From Acidimicrobiia bacterium (GTDB taxonomy: Bacteria; Actinomycetota; Acidimicrobiia; Acidimicrobiales; Bin134), in assembly GCA_022822265.1 (NCBI GenBank), contig JAJECA010000010.1:4513-68512 (forward strand): a stretch of DNA of 64,000 nucleotides, given 5' to 3'. The position numbers and the translations under genes were made by a program. How positions within the stretch are numbered: position 1 is the first letter of the stretch; every line of letters begins with the position of its first letter. Under the pieces are notes generated by a model. The model saw only the letters and a program-made list of their open reading frames with translations. It did not search any database and had not been told where the DNA came from. This document shows positions 7,648 to 16,780 of this stretch, in pieces.

Positions 7648-10198
7648 CTCCTATCCATATCTGGTTGGAATGAAAGGTCTCGTCATCATCTTCACTTTCC
7701 CTGGGCCAGACTAAGAGCATCTGCACGGTTTTGGGAGTCCACACATTTGGCACGGGGATTGCTTCGACAGGCAAAAGGCGACGCCTATTGGGATTTAGTG
7801 GCGAATAGACGGATGTAAATGGTACTAGTTCTAACACGTCTACAACCTCCATATCAGAATTGAAGATAGCGCGATATACGTGCAATTTATCAATGACTTG
7901 AGCATCGATTTTACTATCCAGACTTGGGTGTGAATCAGCAGACACAATACTTGCATAAATCTCAGAATAACTGAATCTGCTGGCGTCGATTCCGAAAACA
8001 GAAGTTACAACATCTGAATACAGTCTCTCAAACTCACTCCAAAGGAGATAGTTGCGATGCTGCCAAAAGATATGGTAGTCCTTATAGTCACCAGGGTTTT
8101 CATTTTGGTACTTTTCTCTATCGTATAACTCCCTCGCGCTTTCCCTATATACATTTCCGAAGTTTCTGGACCCTTCTATTCGGAATGCACGACTGATATC
8201 GATCTGCTCTGAGAAGGAAGCGGACACCTCAAAATCAAAGCTATCTGAATCGGAGACACCAGCCCAGCCCGCTATTTCGAACGGGGCACGCTCGCCAGGC
8301 TGTACGGTCAAGGGCCAATGCCAACTAGCGCTCTTTCCATTTTCAATTCTTGGAACCACAGTAACGCTGACATCCCGAGCAAACTTGTCGGAAGAGAGAT
8401 TGTGTACCAATCCTCTAATAACACCATCGATTACTGTAACCGTTTCATCTTCCACAATAATATTGTCGATCAACTCTTGGGATGGCTCGAACGCGTCGAA
8501 TGTCCCAACATACCCCATCGGTATATTGAACACCTGGCCTGCTACTCCACTATTGCTTTGAATCGCAAAGTCCTGTACAGCCAAACCACCTGATAAATCG
8601 CACGTGCCGCGCGGAACGCCTCTCTCCTCCATGCCTGAACTCGATGCTTGAGACGTATCCTGTATGTCTGCAAACGGATCTCCTTGTCCGGCATTACCGA
8701 TCCATATCCGTGAACCATAACCCCAAGATCCATAGGGACCGTCTATTCGAACTGGTTTCGTAACCCGAATGTAAACTGGCGTAGAAAAGCTTGAGTTGTA
8801 GTTTTCAAATCGTGTTACTGGAGTCATAATGCGCCCCATGATGTTCCCATTGGAATCAATTTCTTCTACAACTGTATGAGGTATAAGTTCTCTCACATCT
8901 AGAACTACATCTTGCCGTACAATCGCCTGGTACACCTTAACGTTTTCAGCTATGTTGTCATTCGCCGAATCATAAAAATCTGGATATGATATCCCTGGGG
9001 TCTTGTTTCGAAGGCTCGGAGGTGATATTTCCGGCGTATAGTAAATGTCAGTAAAATCATACGTCCAAAAATCAGACAAGATGGGATCAAGGTTATTGCT
9101 TATTACAAAATGAGCTGGGTAAATGGATTCAAATCTAGCTCGGTGCAAAAGGCTGTAACTGCGACCACCTCGATATGTGTAATCATACCAGTCTTCACTC
9201 TCAAACAATCGATCATCGTACACCAGAAAATCATGGGATGATTGATACAAATTATAGCCTTCAGTGCGATCCGCATTCCACGAAAAAGAGCGAGAGACAT
9301 CAGGCTCGTCAGACAGGTTTGCGGTGATTGAGTGCCGTATATCTCTCCAAGATTGCTGCGCTCGTTCATATGGATCCCCCCAAGCAGATCCAGGCGGAGT
9401 ATTTTCGGCTAATTCCTTGCGCGTCCAATTTATATTGATTTCAAAGGGCGCTTGCTCACCGGGTAGCATCACCAGCGGCCAATGCCAGCTAGCATTCTTG
9501 CTTCCATCTGGTGATTCGATAGTCAACACAACGTCTCTGGCAAAGAGCTTGTCAGACTGATTGCGTAACATCCCCCGCATCACGCACTCTCTCACGGTAA
9601 ATGATTCGATCACTACTACATCCTCAGCTTGTGGCTGGGATTCTGGATCGGACAACGGCAGAGTCTCTTCGCCGACATTTTCTTCATCTGAAGGGTCGCT
9701 CTCCGGAATTGCTGGAGGCGGTGTCGAATCTTCTCTCTCTGCACTCTCCTCCGACCCATCATCGTCTGAGTTCTCCTCTGCCGTCGGAGTAGCAGAAGCC
9801 ACAGGGGTTCGATCGTCTCCTTCCTGGCGATCTGATTCGCGAGGCGCTTCTGTTTCTGCGGTTGACGAGGACGAAGTAGCAGGGGCAACAGTCGCGGTAG
9901 GAGTAGGGGCACCTGTGGGGGTAGCGGAAACACCCGTTGGTTCCGCTGTTTCGACCGTAGAGTCCTCTGCTTCAACTACCTCCGTAGCCGTCAGCGTCGC
10001 CGTGGTCGTGGCTCCTGCTGTCGATTCATCCACAGAATGGTCACCTGACTCGCTCCCGCACCCACCAGCCGCTAACGCCAACGCCAGCCCAATGCTGGCC
10101 CCAAGATGAAGCCGCCGGAACCGCCAGACCCCTCTCCCCTCGATGCATCCACCTAGCCAACAGCTCACTACATCATCCCCAATTGTGATGCGACGCAA
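7637..10198 (-). CDS. large AT-rich lipoprotein of unknown family with two internal ~300-aa modules
   Basis: 853 aa. Lipobox LALAAGGC-GSESG, then a Thr/Ala/Glu/Ser/Asp-rich linker. Two paralogous modules start with ...RGMLRNQSDKLFARDVVLTIESPDGSKNASWHWPLVMLPGEQAPFEI and ...RGLVHNLSSDKFARDVSVTVVPRIENGKSASWHWPLTVQPGERAPFEI. They end in IWIGNAG and IWIGGAS. G+C is 23/60 at 8761-8820. Confidence 0.8.
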   Translation of the reverse strand: MRRITIGDDVVSCWLGGCIEGRGVWRFRRLHLGASIGLALALAAGGCGSESGDHSVDESTAGATTTATLTATEVVEAEDSTVETAEPTGVSATPTGAPTPTATVAPATSSSSTAETEAPRESDRQEGDDRTPVASATPTAEENSDDDGSEESAEREDSTPPPAIPESDPSDEENVGEETLPLSDPESQPQAEDVVVIESFTVRECVMRGMLRNQSDKLFARDVVLTIESPDGSKNASWHWPLVMLPGEQAPFEININWTRKELAENTPPGSAWGDPYERAQQSWRDIRHSITANLSDEPDVSRSFSWNADRTEGYNLYQSSHDFLVYDDRLFESEDWYDYTYRGGRSYSLLHRARFESIYPAHFVISNNLDPILSDFWTYDFTDIYYTPEISPPSLRNKTPGISYPDFYDSANDNIAENVKVYQAIVRQDVVLDVRELIPHTVVEEIDSNGNIMGRIMTPVTRFENYNSSFSTPVYIRVTKPVRIDGPYGSWGYGSRIWIGNAGQGDPFADIQDTSQASSSGMEERGVPRGTCDLSGGLAVQDFAIQSNSGVAGQVFNIPMGYVGTFDAFEPSQELIDNIIVEDETVTVIDGVIRGLVHNLSSDKFARDVSVTVVPRIENGKSASWHWPLTVQPGERAPFEIAGWAGVSDSDSFDFEVSASFSEQIDISRAFRIEGSRNFGNVYRESARELYDREKYQNENPGDYKDYHIFWQHRNYLLWSEFERLYSDVVTSVFGIDASRFSYSEIYASIVSADSHPSLDSKIDAQVIDKLHVYRAIFNSDMEVVDVLELVPFTSVYSPLNPNRRRLLPVEAIPVPNVWTPKTVQMLLVWPRESEDDDETFHSNQIWIGGAS

Positions 10199-10325
10199 TC
10201 ATCATATGTACACAAGGTGAGCATTTGGTGTCGCCCCTCCCGCCTTCATCACCTCCCACCGGCAGGACCACGGCCCATTGGAACAATCGTCACCACAGGA
10301 TCAAATGGCAGATTCGGCTAGACGT

Positions 10326-10679
10326 TCAGTAGCGCTCAAAGCGGGCGTTGAGTTCTGACATGTCTTCGTGGTCTGTGGTGAGGATGAATGTGCCCAGGCT
10401 CTCTGCGACCACGGTGAGGTGGGCATCGACCACGTCTGAAGTTCCGGATTCTGCGAGTCTGAGGCCCACGCTCACGGACTCGTCGAGAGGGTGGACATCG
10501 AAATAGCGCAGCGAGCGCGACAAGTTTGCCTGCCTGGCCGGATCTCGCCAGACCTGGGCGAGCACCGGATGGGTGGTGTGCAGATCATTGCCACGTTCGG
10601 TCGCCCGCTTGATCAGTGCCCACAGCCGGGAGTTCAGATTCTCACTGTCGAGAATCAGCGGTCCGGCGTCAACGATCAA
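10326..10679 (-). CDS. PIN-domain toxin (VapC family-like)
   Basis: MIVDAGPLI... and ...FILTTDHEDM supply the N- and C-terminal acidic PIN residues. 117 aa. There is a 4-nt overlap with the upstream antitoxin-like gene. Confidence 0.7.
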   Translation of the reverse strand: MIVDAGPLILDSENLNSRLWALIKRATERGNDLHTTHPVLAQVWRDPARQANLSRSLRYFDVHPLDESVSVGLRLAESGTSDVVDAHLTVVAESLGTFILTTDHEDMSELNARFERY

Positions 10680-10921
10680 CGATCCACTCCCTGCCGGTCT
10701 AGAACTGCATCAGCCCATTCGAGATGCTCGGGGCTGATTGGACCCTCATCTGCCTCCCACGAAGCGATCATGTCGAGCATCGCCTGACTGCGGCGCCGGC
10801 GTTTCACCTCGGCAAGCAGAGACCGCTTGATGGCCAGCGTCTTGGTGCCGTCCAATGCCACCAGTTCGGAAAGAGCGGCCTCCATCTCCTCATCAAGGTT
10901 GATCGTTGTCTTCACTACCAT
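10676..10921 (-). CDS. VapB-type antitoxin (TTINLD... class)
   Basis: MVVKTTINLDEEMEAALSELVALDG. I use the ATG at 10921; the track ORF extends to 10945. It has the size and position expected of an antitoxin upstream of the PIN gene. Confidence 0.65.
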   Translation of the reverse strand: MVVKTTINLDEEMEAALSELVALDGTKTLAIKRSLLAEVKRRRRSQAMLDMIASWEADEGPISPEHLEWADAVLDRQGVDR

Positions 10922-11064
10922 ATAAATATGGTAATTAATCCACATTTGTACGGCAAGTTGGGATGGTTCGGTCGCAGGAACTCCTGACAGAAATCTATTC
11001 AGGCTACGAATCCAATTTATTCACAAGGAAGCTGAACCCAGTTCGACCCTGCTAATGATTAGGG

Positions 11065-11115
11065 CCCATGGGAACGATTGTTATCACCGGATCAGCAGGC
11101 GGAATCGGCCAAGCC
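11065..11115 (+). repeat. 51-nt direct repeat, copy 2 (start of the intact SDR gene)
   Basis: See copy 1 at 5318-5368. Confidence 0.85.
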
Positions 11116-11865
11116 ACTAGGGAGCGGCTCTCCCGGGACGGCCACGAGGTTATCGGGGTTGACATCCGTGACGCCGAGGTCATTGCCGATCTCTCAACTC
11201 CTGAGGGGCGCACCGAGATGATCGGCGCGGTGGCCGCCGCTACTGGGGGCCGCATCGACGGCCTGGTGGCCGGAGCGGGGATCACCGGCCCCGATCCGCA
11301 GCAGGTGGTGTCGATCAACTACTTCGGGGCAGTGGCCACCGTGGAGGGGCTGCGGCCCCTCTTGGCCCAGGGCACCGACTCCTCGGCCGTGGCCATCAGC
11401 TCCAACTCCAGTACCACGTTGGTCGCCCTGCCCGAAGGACTGGTCGACGCCTGTCTCAATGACGACGAAGCCCAAGCTCGAGAGCTGGCCGGGGCCGATC
11501 CGGGCACGGCTTATGCCACCAGCAAGCTGGCGTTGGCCCGCTGGACCCGGCGCACCGCCATCGGCGACGATTGGATCGGCTCGGGCATCCGGCTCAACGC
11601 GGTGGCCCCTGGCCTCATCGACACCCCGCTGGTGGCCGACAACATCGACATGATCATGAACCTGGGCGACGTGTACCCCATCCCCCAGAACCGCCCCGGC
11701 CGGCCTGCCGAGGTGGCCAACCTGCTCGCGTTCCTGCTCTCCCCCGACGCCAGCTTCTTCTGCGGCTCAGTGGTGTTCATGGACGGAGGCAGCGACGCCG
11801 CCCTCAACGCCGACGCCTGGCCCACCACCAACACCACCGCCGAGCGCTGGCCAGTCGGCGATTGA
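11068..11865 (+). CDS. SDR family oxidoreductase (hydroxysteroid-dehydrogenase-like)
   Basis: ITGSAGGIGQA Rossmann motif, YATSKLAL catalytic YxxxK. 265 aa. Confidence 0.9.
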   Translation: MGTIVITGSAGGIGQATRERLSRDGHEVIGVDIRDAEVIADLSTPEGRTEMIGAVAAATGGRIDGLVAGAGITGPDPQQVVSINYFGAVATVEGLRPLLAQGTDSSAVAISSNSSTTLVALPEGLVDACLNDDEAQARELAGADPGTAYATSKLALARWTRRTAIGDDWIGSGIRLNAVAPGLIDTPLVADNIDMIMNLGDVYPIPQNRPGRPAEVANLLAFLLSPDASFFCGSVVFMDGGSDAALNADAWPTTNTTAERWPVGD

Positions 11866-11890
11866 TCGCCGCCCTTTCGGGCCTCAACCC

Positions 11891-13594
11891 CTACTTGCCC
11901 CTTTGGCGTTTTTGGATGCGGGCCCATTCGTCTCTTAGGCCGACGGTGCGGTGGAACAGGTCGGGGGTTTCGGGGTCGCGGGCGAAGTAGCCGAGGCGCT
12001 CGAACTGGACGACTTGGCCGGGGGCGATGTCGGCCATGGCGGGTTCGAAGCGGGCGCCTTCAATGAGCTGGGCCGAGTTTGGGTCGAGCGAGTCCATGGG
12101 GTCGGTGCCGTCGGCGCCGGGGTGGGGGTCGGTGAACAGGCGCTCGTAGAGGATGGCCTGGCCGTCCACCGCGTGAGCGGCTGATACCCAGTGGATGGTG
12201 GCCTTGACTTTGCGGCCGTCGGGGGCCTGGCCTGAGCCGGTTTCGGGGTCGTAGGTGCAGCGCACCTCGGTCACGTTGCCGTCGGCGTCGGTGTCCACCC
12301 CGGTGCAGGTCACGAAGTAGCCCGACCGCAGCCGCACTTCCCGCCCAGGGGACAACCGGAAGAACTTGGGCGGTGGATCGAGCATGAAGTCGTCCTGCTC
12401 GATATAGAGCTCCCCCGAGAACGGAACTTGCCGGGCGCCGGCCGATGGATCCTCGGGGTTGTTGCCCGCCTCTCGCATCTCCACTTGGCCCTCGGGGTAG
12501 TTCTCAATCACCAGCCGCAGCGGGTTGAGCACCGCCATACGGCGCAGCGCCGTGGCATTGAGCTCCCGACGGACGAACGACTCCAGCAACTCCACTTCCA
12601 CGGTGCCGTCCACTCGGGCCACACCGATGTGGCGGCAGAACTCCCGGATGGCTTGGGGCGGGAAGCCCCGGCGGCGCAGTCCCCGCAAGGTGGGCATGCG
12701 GGCGTCGTCCCACCCGTCAACATGGCCCTCGTCCACCAGCTCCAACATTCGGCGCTTGGACAAAACGGCGTGGGTGACGTTCAAGCGGGCAAACTCGGTC
12801 TGGCGAGGGCGGTCGCCGGGCAGGTCGAGGTGGTCCAAGAACCAGTCGTACAGCGGGCGGTGAGCGTCGAACTCCAGGGTGCAGATGGAGTTGGTCACCC
12901 CCTCCACCGCATCGCTCTGTCCGTGGGCCCAGTCGTAGGTGGGGTAGATGCACCACTGGTCCCCGGTGCGGTGGTGGCTCGCGTGGCGGATCCGATACAG
13001 CACCGGGTCGCGCATGAGCATGTTCTCGTGGGCCATGTCGATGCGGGCCCGCAGCACCCGCTCGCCGTTGGCAAACTCGCCGGCCGCCATCCGCCGAAAC
13101 AGGTCGAGGTTTTCCTCGGGGGTGCGGTCGCGCCACGGGCTGTCGGTGCCCGCCTCGGTGAAGCTGCCCCGGTTCTCAGAGATGGCCTCGGCGTCCTGGT
13201 CATCCACATAAGCCAGCCCGGCCCGAATGAGGTCCTCAGCCCACTGGTAGAGCTGCTCGAAGTAGTCGGAGGCGTACAGGGTGCCCCGGTCGGACTGGTA
13301 GCCCAGCCAGGCGATGTCCTCCTCAATGGCGGCCACGAAATCGGCCCGCTCGGTCTCGGGGTTGGTGTCGTCGAATCGCAGGTTGCAGGTGCCGCCGAAT
13401 TCGGCGGCCAAGTCGAAGTTCAAGCAGATCGACTTGGCGTGGCCGATATGGAGGTAGCCGTTGGGCTCGGGCGGGAACCGGGTCTGCACGCGGCCGCCAT
13501 AGATGCCATCGGCGATGTCTTGGCGGATCAGGCTGCGGATGAAGTCGCTGCGCTCGCCGGGCTCGTCTCCTCCCAGGTTCCCGGCGTTGCTCAT
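11891..13594 (-). CDS. glnS: glutamine--tRNA ligase
   Basis: RFPPEPNGYLHIGHAKSICLNF (HIGH motif) followed by CNLRFDDTNPE, which is GlnRS-type. I use the ATG at 13594, which is preceded by AAGGA 8 nt upstream; the track ORF starts at 13636. Confidence 0.9.
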   Translation of the reverse strand: MSNAGNLGGDEPGERSDFIRSLIRQDIADGIYGGRVQTRFPPEPNGYLHIGHAKSICLNFDLAAEFGGTCNLRFDDTNPETERADFVAAIEEDIAWLGYQSDRGTLYASDYFEQLYQWAEDLIRAGLAYVDDQDAEAISENRGSFTEAGTDSPWRDRTPEENLDLFRRMAAGEFANGERVLRARIDMAHENMLMRDPVLYRIRHASHHRTGDQWCIYPTYDWAHGQSDAVEGVTNSICTLEFDAHRPLYDWFLDHLDLPGDRPRQTEFARLNVTHAVLSKRRMLELVDEGHVDGWDDARMPTLRGLRRRGFPPQAIREFCRHIGVARVDGTVEVELLESFVRRELNATALRRMAVLNPLRLVIENYPEGQVEMREAGNNPEDPSAGARQVPFSGELYIEQDDFMLDPPPKFFRLSPGREVRLRSGYFVTCTGVDTDADGNVTEVRCTYDPETGSGQAPDGRKVKATIHWVSAAHAVDGQAILYERLFTDPHPGADGTDPMDSLDPNSAQLIEGARFEPAMADIAPGQVVQFERLGYFARDPETPDLFHRTVGLRDEWARIQKRQRGK

Positions 13595-13665
13595 ATCCAC
13601 CATCCTTGACTGAATTTCGATTGACCGGCAACGCATTATGCGCTCGGTTGGCGCGAAACTGGGAC

Positions 13666-14808
13666 ATGGCCTATTCGATCATCGATGTCGACACCCATAT
13701 CACCGAGCCGGCCGACACCTGGACCAGCCGGGTAGCCGCCCGCCACCGCGAGCACGTCCCCAGGGTCGAGGAGATCGACGGCCGTCAGATATGGCTGTTG
13801 GGCGACGACCGCGTCGGTGCGGTGGGCCCGACTGCCCCCGCCGGTTGGTCGAAGCCGATGCCCGACTCGCCCGCCGGCTACGACGAGGTGCATCCGGCGG
13901 CCTTCGACGCCCAGGCCCGCCTCGAACTGATGGACCAGCGAGGAGTGTGGGCCGAGGTGCTGTATCCCAACGTCGGGGGGTTCGGCGCCCAGAAGTTCTT
14001 GTCGATCGACGACGCCGAGCTGAAGTACGAATGCGTCCGGGCCTACAACGACTTCCTCTCCGAATGGTGCAGCGCCGATGACCGCCGCCTCATCCCGTCG
14101 ATGGCCACCCCGTTCTGGGACGTGGACAATGCGGTGGCCGAGGTGCAGCGATGCGCGGCAATGGGCTACCGGAGTGTGAACTTCACCGGCGAGCCCCAGG
14201 TGTTCGGCCTTCCCTATCTGGGCGAGCCGCACTGGGATCCGTTCTGGTCGGCGGTGTGCGACTGCGACATGGTGGTGTCGTTCCACATCGGCAGCGGCGA
14301 GTTCAACTGGGACCACAACCGGGTGGAGCGTCGGGGCTTCGCCGAGGCCTACGCCCTGCAATCGGTGGACCTGTTCACCAAGAACGGCATCCAGGTGTGC
14401 GACCTGCTGCTGTCTGGTGTGCTCCCCCGCTACCCCAAGCTGAAGGTGGTGTCGGTGGAGTCGGGAATCGGCTGGCTGCCCTTCATGCTCGAGGCGGTGG
14501 ACAACCAGTTTGTGGAAGGCGGCGGCATGAATGACCGGCCCGAGTTCGACCGGCTGCCCAGCGAGTACTTCACCGGGCAGGTGTACACCACGTTCTGGTT
14601 CGAGGAGTCCGCCCCCCAGGACTTGCTCGGTGGCCGGATTCCTCTCGAGAACGTGCTGTTTGAGACCGACTTCCCCCACCCAACCTGTCTCTACGACAAC
14701 GTGGAGGAGAAGATCGCCGCCAGCCTCGGACACTTCTCCCCTGAAGAGCGCCACCAGCTCCTCTGGGGCAACGCCGAAAAGCTGTACCGGGTGGAAGTGC
14801 CTGCCTAA
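13666..14808 (+). CDS. amidohydrolase-2 family protein (ACMSD-like metal-dependent hydrolase/decarboxylase)
   Basis: MAYSIIDVDTHITEP..., ...ETDFPH near the C-terminus. Internal ATG at 13666 of track ORF 13606..14808. Confidence 0.85.
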   Translation: MAYSIIDVDTHITEPADTWTSRVAARHREHVPRVEEIDGRQIWLLGDDRVGAVGPTAPAGWSKPMPDSPAGYDEVHPAAFDAQARLELMDQRGVWAEVLYPNVGGFGAQKFLSIDDAELKYECVRAYNDFLSEWCSADDRRLIPSMATPFWDVDNAVAEVQRCAAMGYRSVNFTGEPQVFGLPYLGEPHWDPFWSAVCDCDMVVSFHIGSGEFNWDHNRVERRGFAEAYALQSVDLFTKNGIQVCDLLLSGVLPRYPKLKVVSVESGIGWLPFMLEAVDNQFVEGGGMNDRPEFDRLPSEYFTGQVYTTFWFEESAPQDLLGGRIPLENVLFETDFPHPTCLYDNVEEKIAASLGHFSPEERHQLLWGNAEKLYRVEVPA

Positions 14809-14834
14809 GCAGTCGACCCACTACATTCCCGGCC

Positions 14835-16271
14835 ATGAGCAATGGATGGGACAGAGAAGCTGATGTGGTTGTTTTGGGGATGGGCGCGGCGGGGTGTGCG
14901 GCGGCTATCTCGGCGGCTGATGCGGGGGCTTCGGTCTTGTTGCTGGAGAAGATGCCTGAGGGGCGTGAGGGGGGCAATACCCGGATTTCGGGGGGGATCT
15001 GGTACAACAGCTTGGACCGCGACGGAATGGCCACCTACCTGCGGTCGCTGTGCGGGCCCTACACGCTGCCTGAGGACATCGTGCAGGTGTGGGCCGACGA
15101 GACCTACAAGAACACCGAGTGGCTGGAGGGCCTGGGGGTGACACCGGGTGTCCACGCCGACTACAAGCCCGAATATCCCGAGTTGCCCGGGGCTGAGTTC
15201 TATGGCGGCTACCTGGGGGTCAACGGGGAGATGGGCCAGCAGTTGCTGTGGAGGGCCCTTTCTGCTGCGGTGCGGGACAAGGGCGTGGAGGTGTTGTTGG
15301 ACACGCCCGCCAACGAACTGGTGACCAACGCCGACGGCGCAGTGGTTGGCGTGGCGGCCACCTCTGGCGGCCAGCCGCTGCGGGTGGGCGCCCGCCGAGG
15401 CGTGGTGCTGGCCACGGGCGGCTTCGAGAACAACCCCGACATGGTGCGCGACTACTTGCAGCTTCCCGGCTCTCCCGTGTGGGGCTCGCCGGCGGGCACC
15501 GGCGATGGCATCAAGATGGCCCAGAAGGTGGGGGCCGACCTGTGGCACATGGACAACATGATGGCCGCCCTTGGTTTCGCCGCCGATGGCTTCGAGGCCG
15601 GGATGTACGTGATGTTCATCTATTCGATGGGGTTCATCTGCGTGGGCAATGACGGCCGTCGGTCTCACAACGAGATGCCGCCCCAGGGTCACGGCCACGC
15701 GCTGATCGACGGCGACTACGAGCTGTTCCAGCGCCGGCCGCTGCATGTGATCTTCGACGAGGCCACCCGCCAGGCCGGGCCCATCTCGCCCCCTCGGGAG
15801 ATCCTGCCCGTGGGGTGGAACCTGCTCATGGAAGGCTATGAGTGGAGTGCCGACAACTCAGCCGAGATCGAGAAGGGGTGGATCCAACAGGCCGACACCC
15901 CCGCCGAGCTGGCCGAGATTCTCGGCATCGACCCCGATGGTTTAGAGGCGGCGGTAGCCGATTGGAATGAGGTCTGCTCCGCCGGCCACGACCCGCTGGG
16001 CCGTCCCGGGGCCACCCTGGCACCTCTGGCCACACCCCCCTACTACGGGTTCACCTCAGCCCCGCTACTGGGCTGGACCAACGGCGGCCCCCGCCGCAAC
16101 GAGAAGGCCCAGGTGCTGGACCCCTTCGGCGAGACCATCGGCCGCCTTTACGCCGCCGGCACCGTCAGCTCCACCTACAGCCGATGCAAAGACGGCGGCT
16201 TCCACATCGGCGACGCTCTTGCCTTCGGCCGAGTCGCCGGCCGCAACGCGGCGGCTGAAACACCCCAGTAG
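14835..16271 (+). CDS. FAD-dependent oxidoreductase (fumarate reductase / ketosteroid dehydrogenase-like flavoprotein)
   Basis: DVVVLGMGAAGCAAAISAADAGASVLLLEK dinucleotide-binding motif, GGNTRISGG, and C-terminal LYAAG... Confidence 0.85.
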   Translation: MSNGWDREADVVVLGMGAAGCAAAISAADAGASVLLLEKMPEGREGGNTRISGGIWYNSLDRDGMATYLRSLCGPYTLPEDIVQVWADETYKNTEWLEGLGVTPGVHADYKPEYPELPGAEFYGGYLGVNGEMGQQLLWRALSAAVRDKGVEVLLDTPANELVTNADGAVVGVAATSGGQPLRVGARRGVVLATGGFENNPDMVRDYLQLPGSPVWGSPAGTGDGIKMAQKVGADLWHMDNMMAALGFAADGFEAGMYVMFIYSMGFICVGNDGRRSHNEMPPQGHGHALIDGDYELFQRRPLHVIFDEATRQAGPISPPREILPVGWNLLMEGYEWSADNSAEIEKGWIQQADTPAELAEILGIDPDGLEAAVADWNEVCSAGHDPLGRPGATLAPLATPPYYGFTSAPLLGWTNGGPRRNEKAQVLDPFGETIGRLYAAGTVSSTYSRCKDGGFHIGDALAFGRVAGRNAAAETPQ

Positions 16272-16289
16272 CTCCTGGCTTACAGCCGC

Positions 16290-16694
16290 TCAGGGCCAGG
16301 AGCGCCAGGCAGTGATGTTTATGGCGATAACCGGGCCGGGTGGACGGGTTTTTCGGTACTGGGGGTATTTGGCGGCTAGCAGGTCGATGGCGTGGTCGCG
16401 CTCGTCGCCATCGACTAGCACTCGGGCCGTGCCGTCCACTCGGATCCACCACAGCTTCGACCAGTCGTCGTCATAGCGATCGACCAGCAAGCAGGCCGTG
16501 GGATTGGCGGCCAGATTGTCCAGGCGCCGAAGCGCCAGGGTGGACTTGGGCTTGGCATCTACCGCCGAATAGACCACATCGCCCTTGAGGAAAAAGCAGC
16601 ACGGTACGGCGTGAGGCTGGCCTTCCGCTGACACAGTGCTGAGCACTCCTGAGCGAGCCTCCCCCACCCGCTGCCGCATCTCGCCCTTATCCAT
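16290..16694 (-). CDS. PPOX-class (pyridoxamine 5'-phosphate oxidase-like), probably F420-dependent enzyme
   Basis: 134 aa. GVLSTVSAEGQPHAVPCCF...DDWSKLWWIRVDG is typical of the PPOX split-barrel family. Confidence 0.8.
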   Translation of the reverse strand: MDKGEMRQRVGEARSGVLSTVSAEGQPHAVPCCFFLKGDVVYSAVDAKPKSTLALRRLDNLAANPTACLLVDRYDDDWSKLWWIRVDGTARVLVDGDERDHAIDLLAAKYPQYRKTRPPGPVIAINITAWRSWP

Positions 16695-16780
16695 GCCTGC
16701 ACTCTAGGAATTCAACAGAAGATGACGCGGGCTACTTGGCAAGGGAACCGCAAGCCAGGGCGTTGGGGGGATAGAACACA

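Noticed and set aside
12428-14754. Long ORFs 12428..13609 (+) and 13636..14754 (-)
   Set aside because: They are antisense to glnS and to the amidohydrolase gene respectively. Their composition is biased and they have no family signatures.
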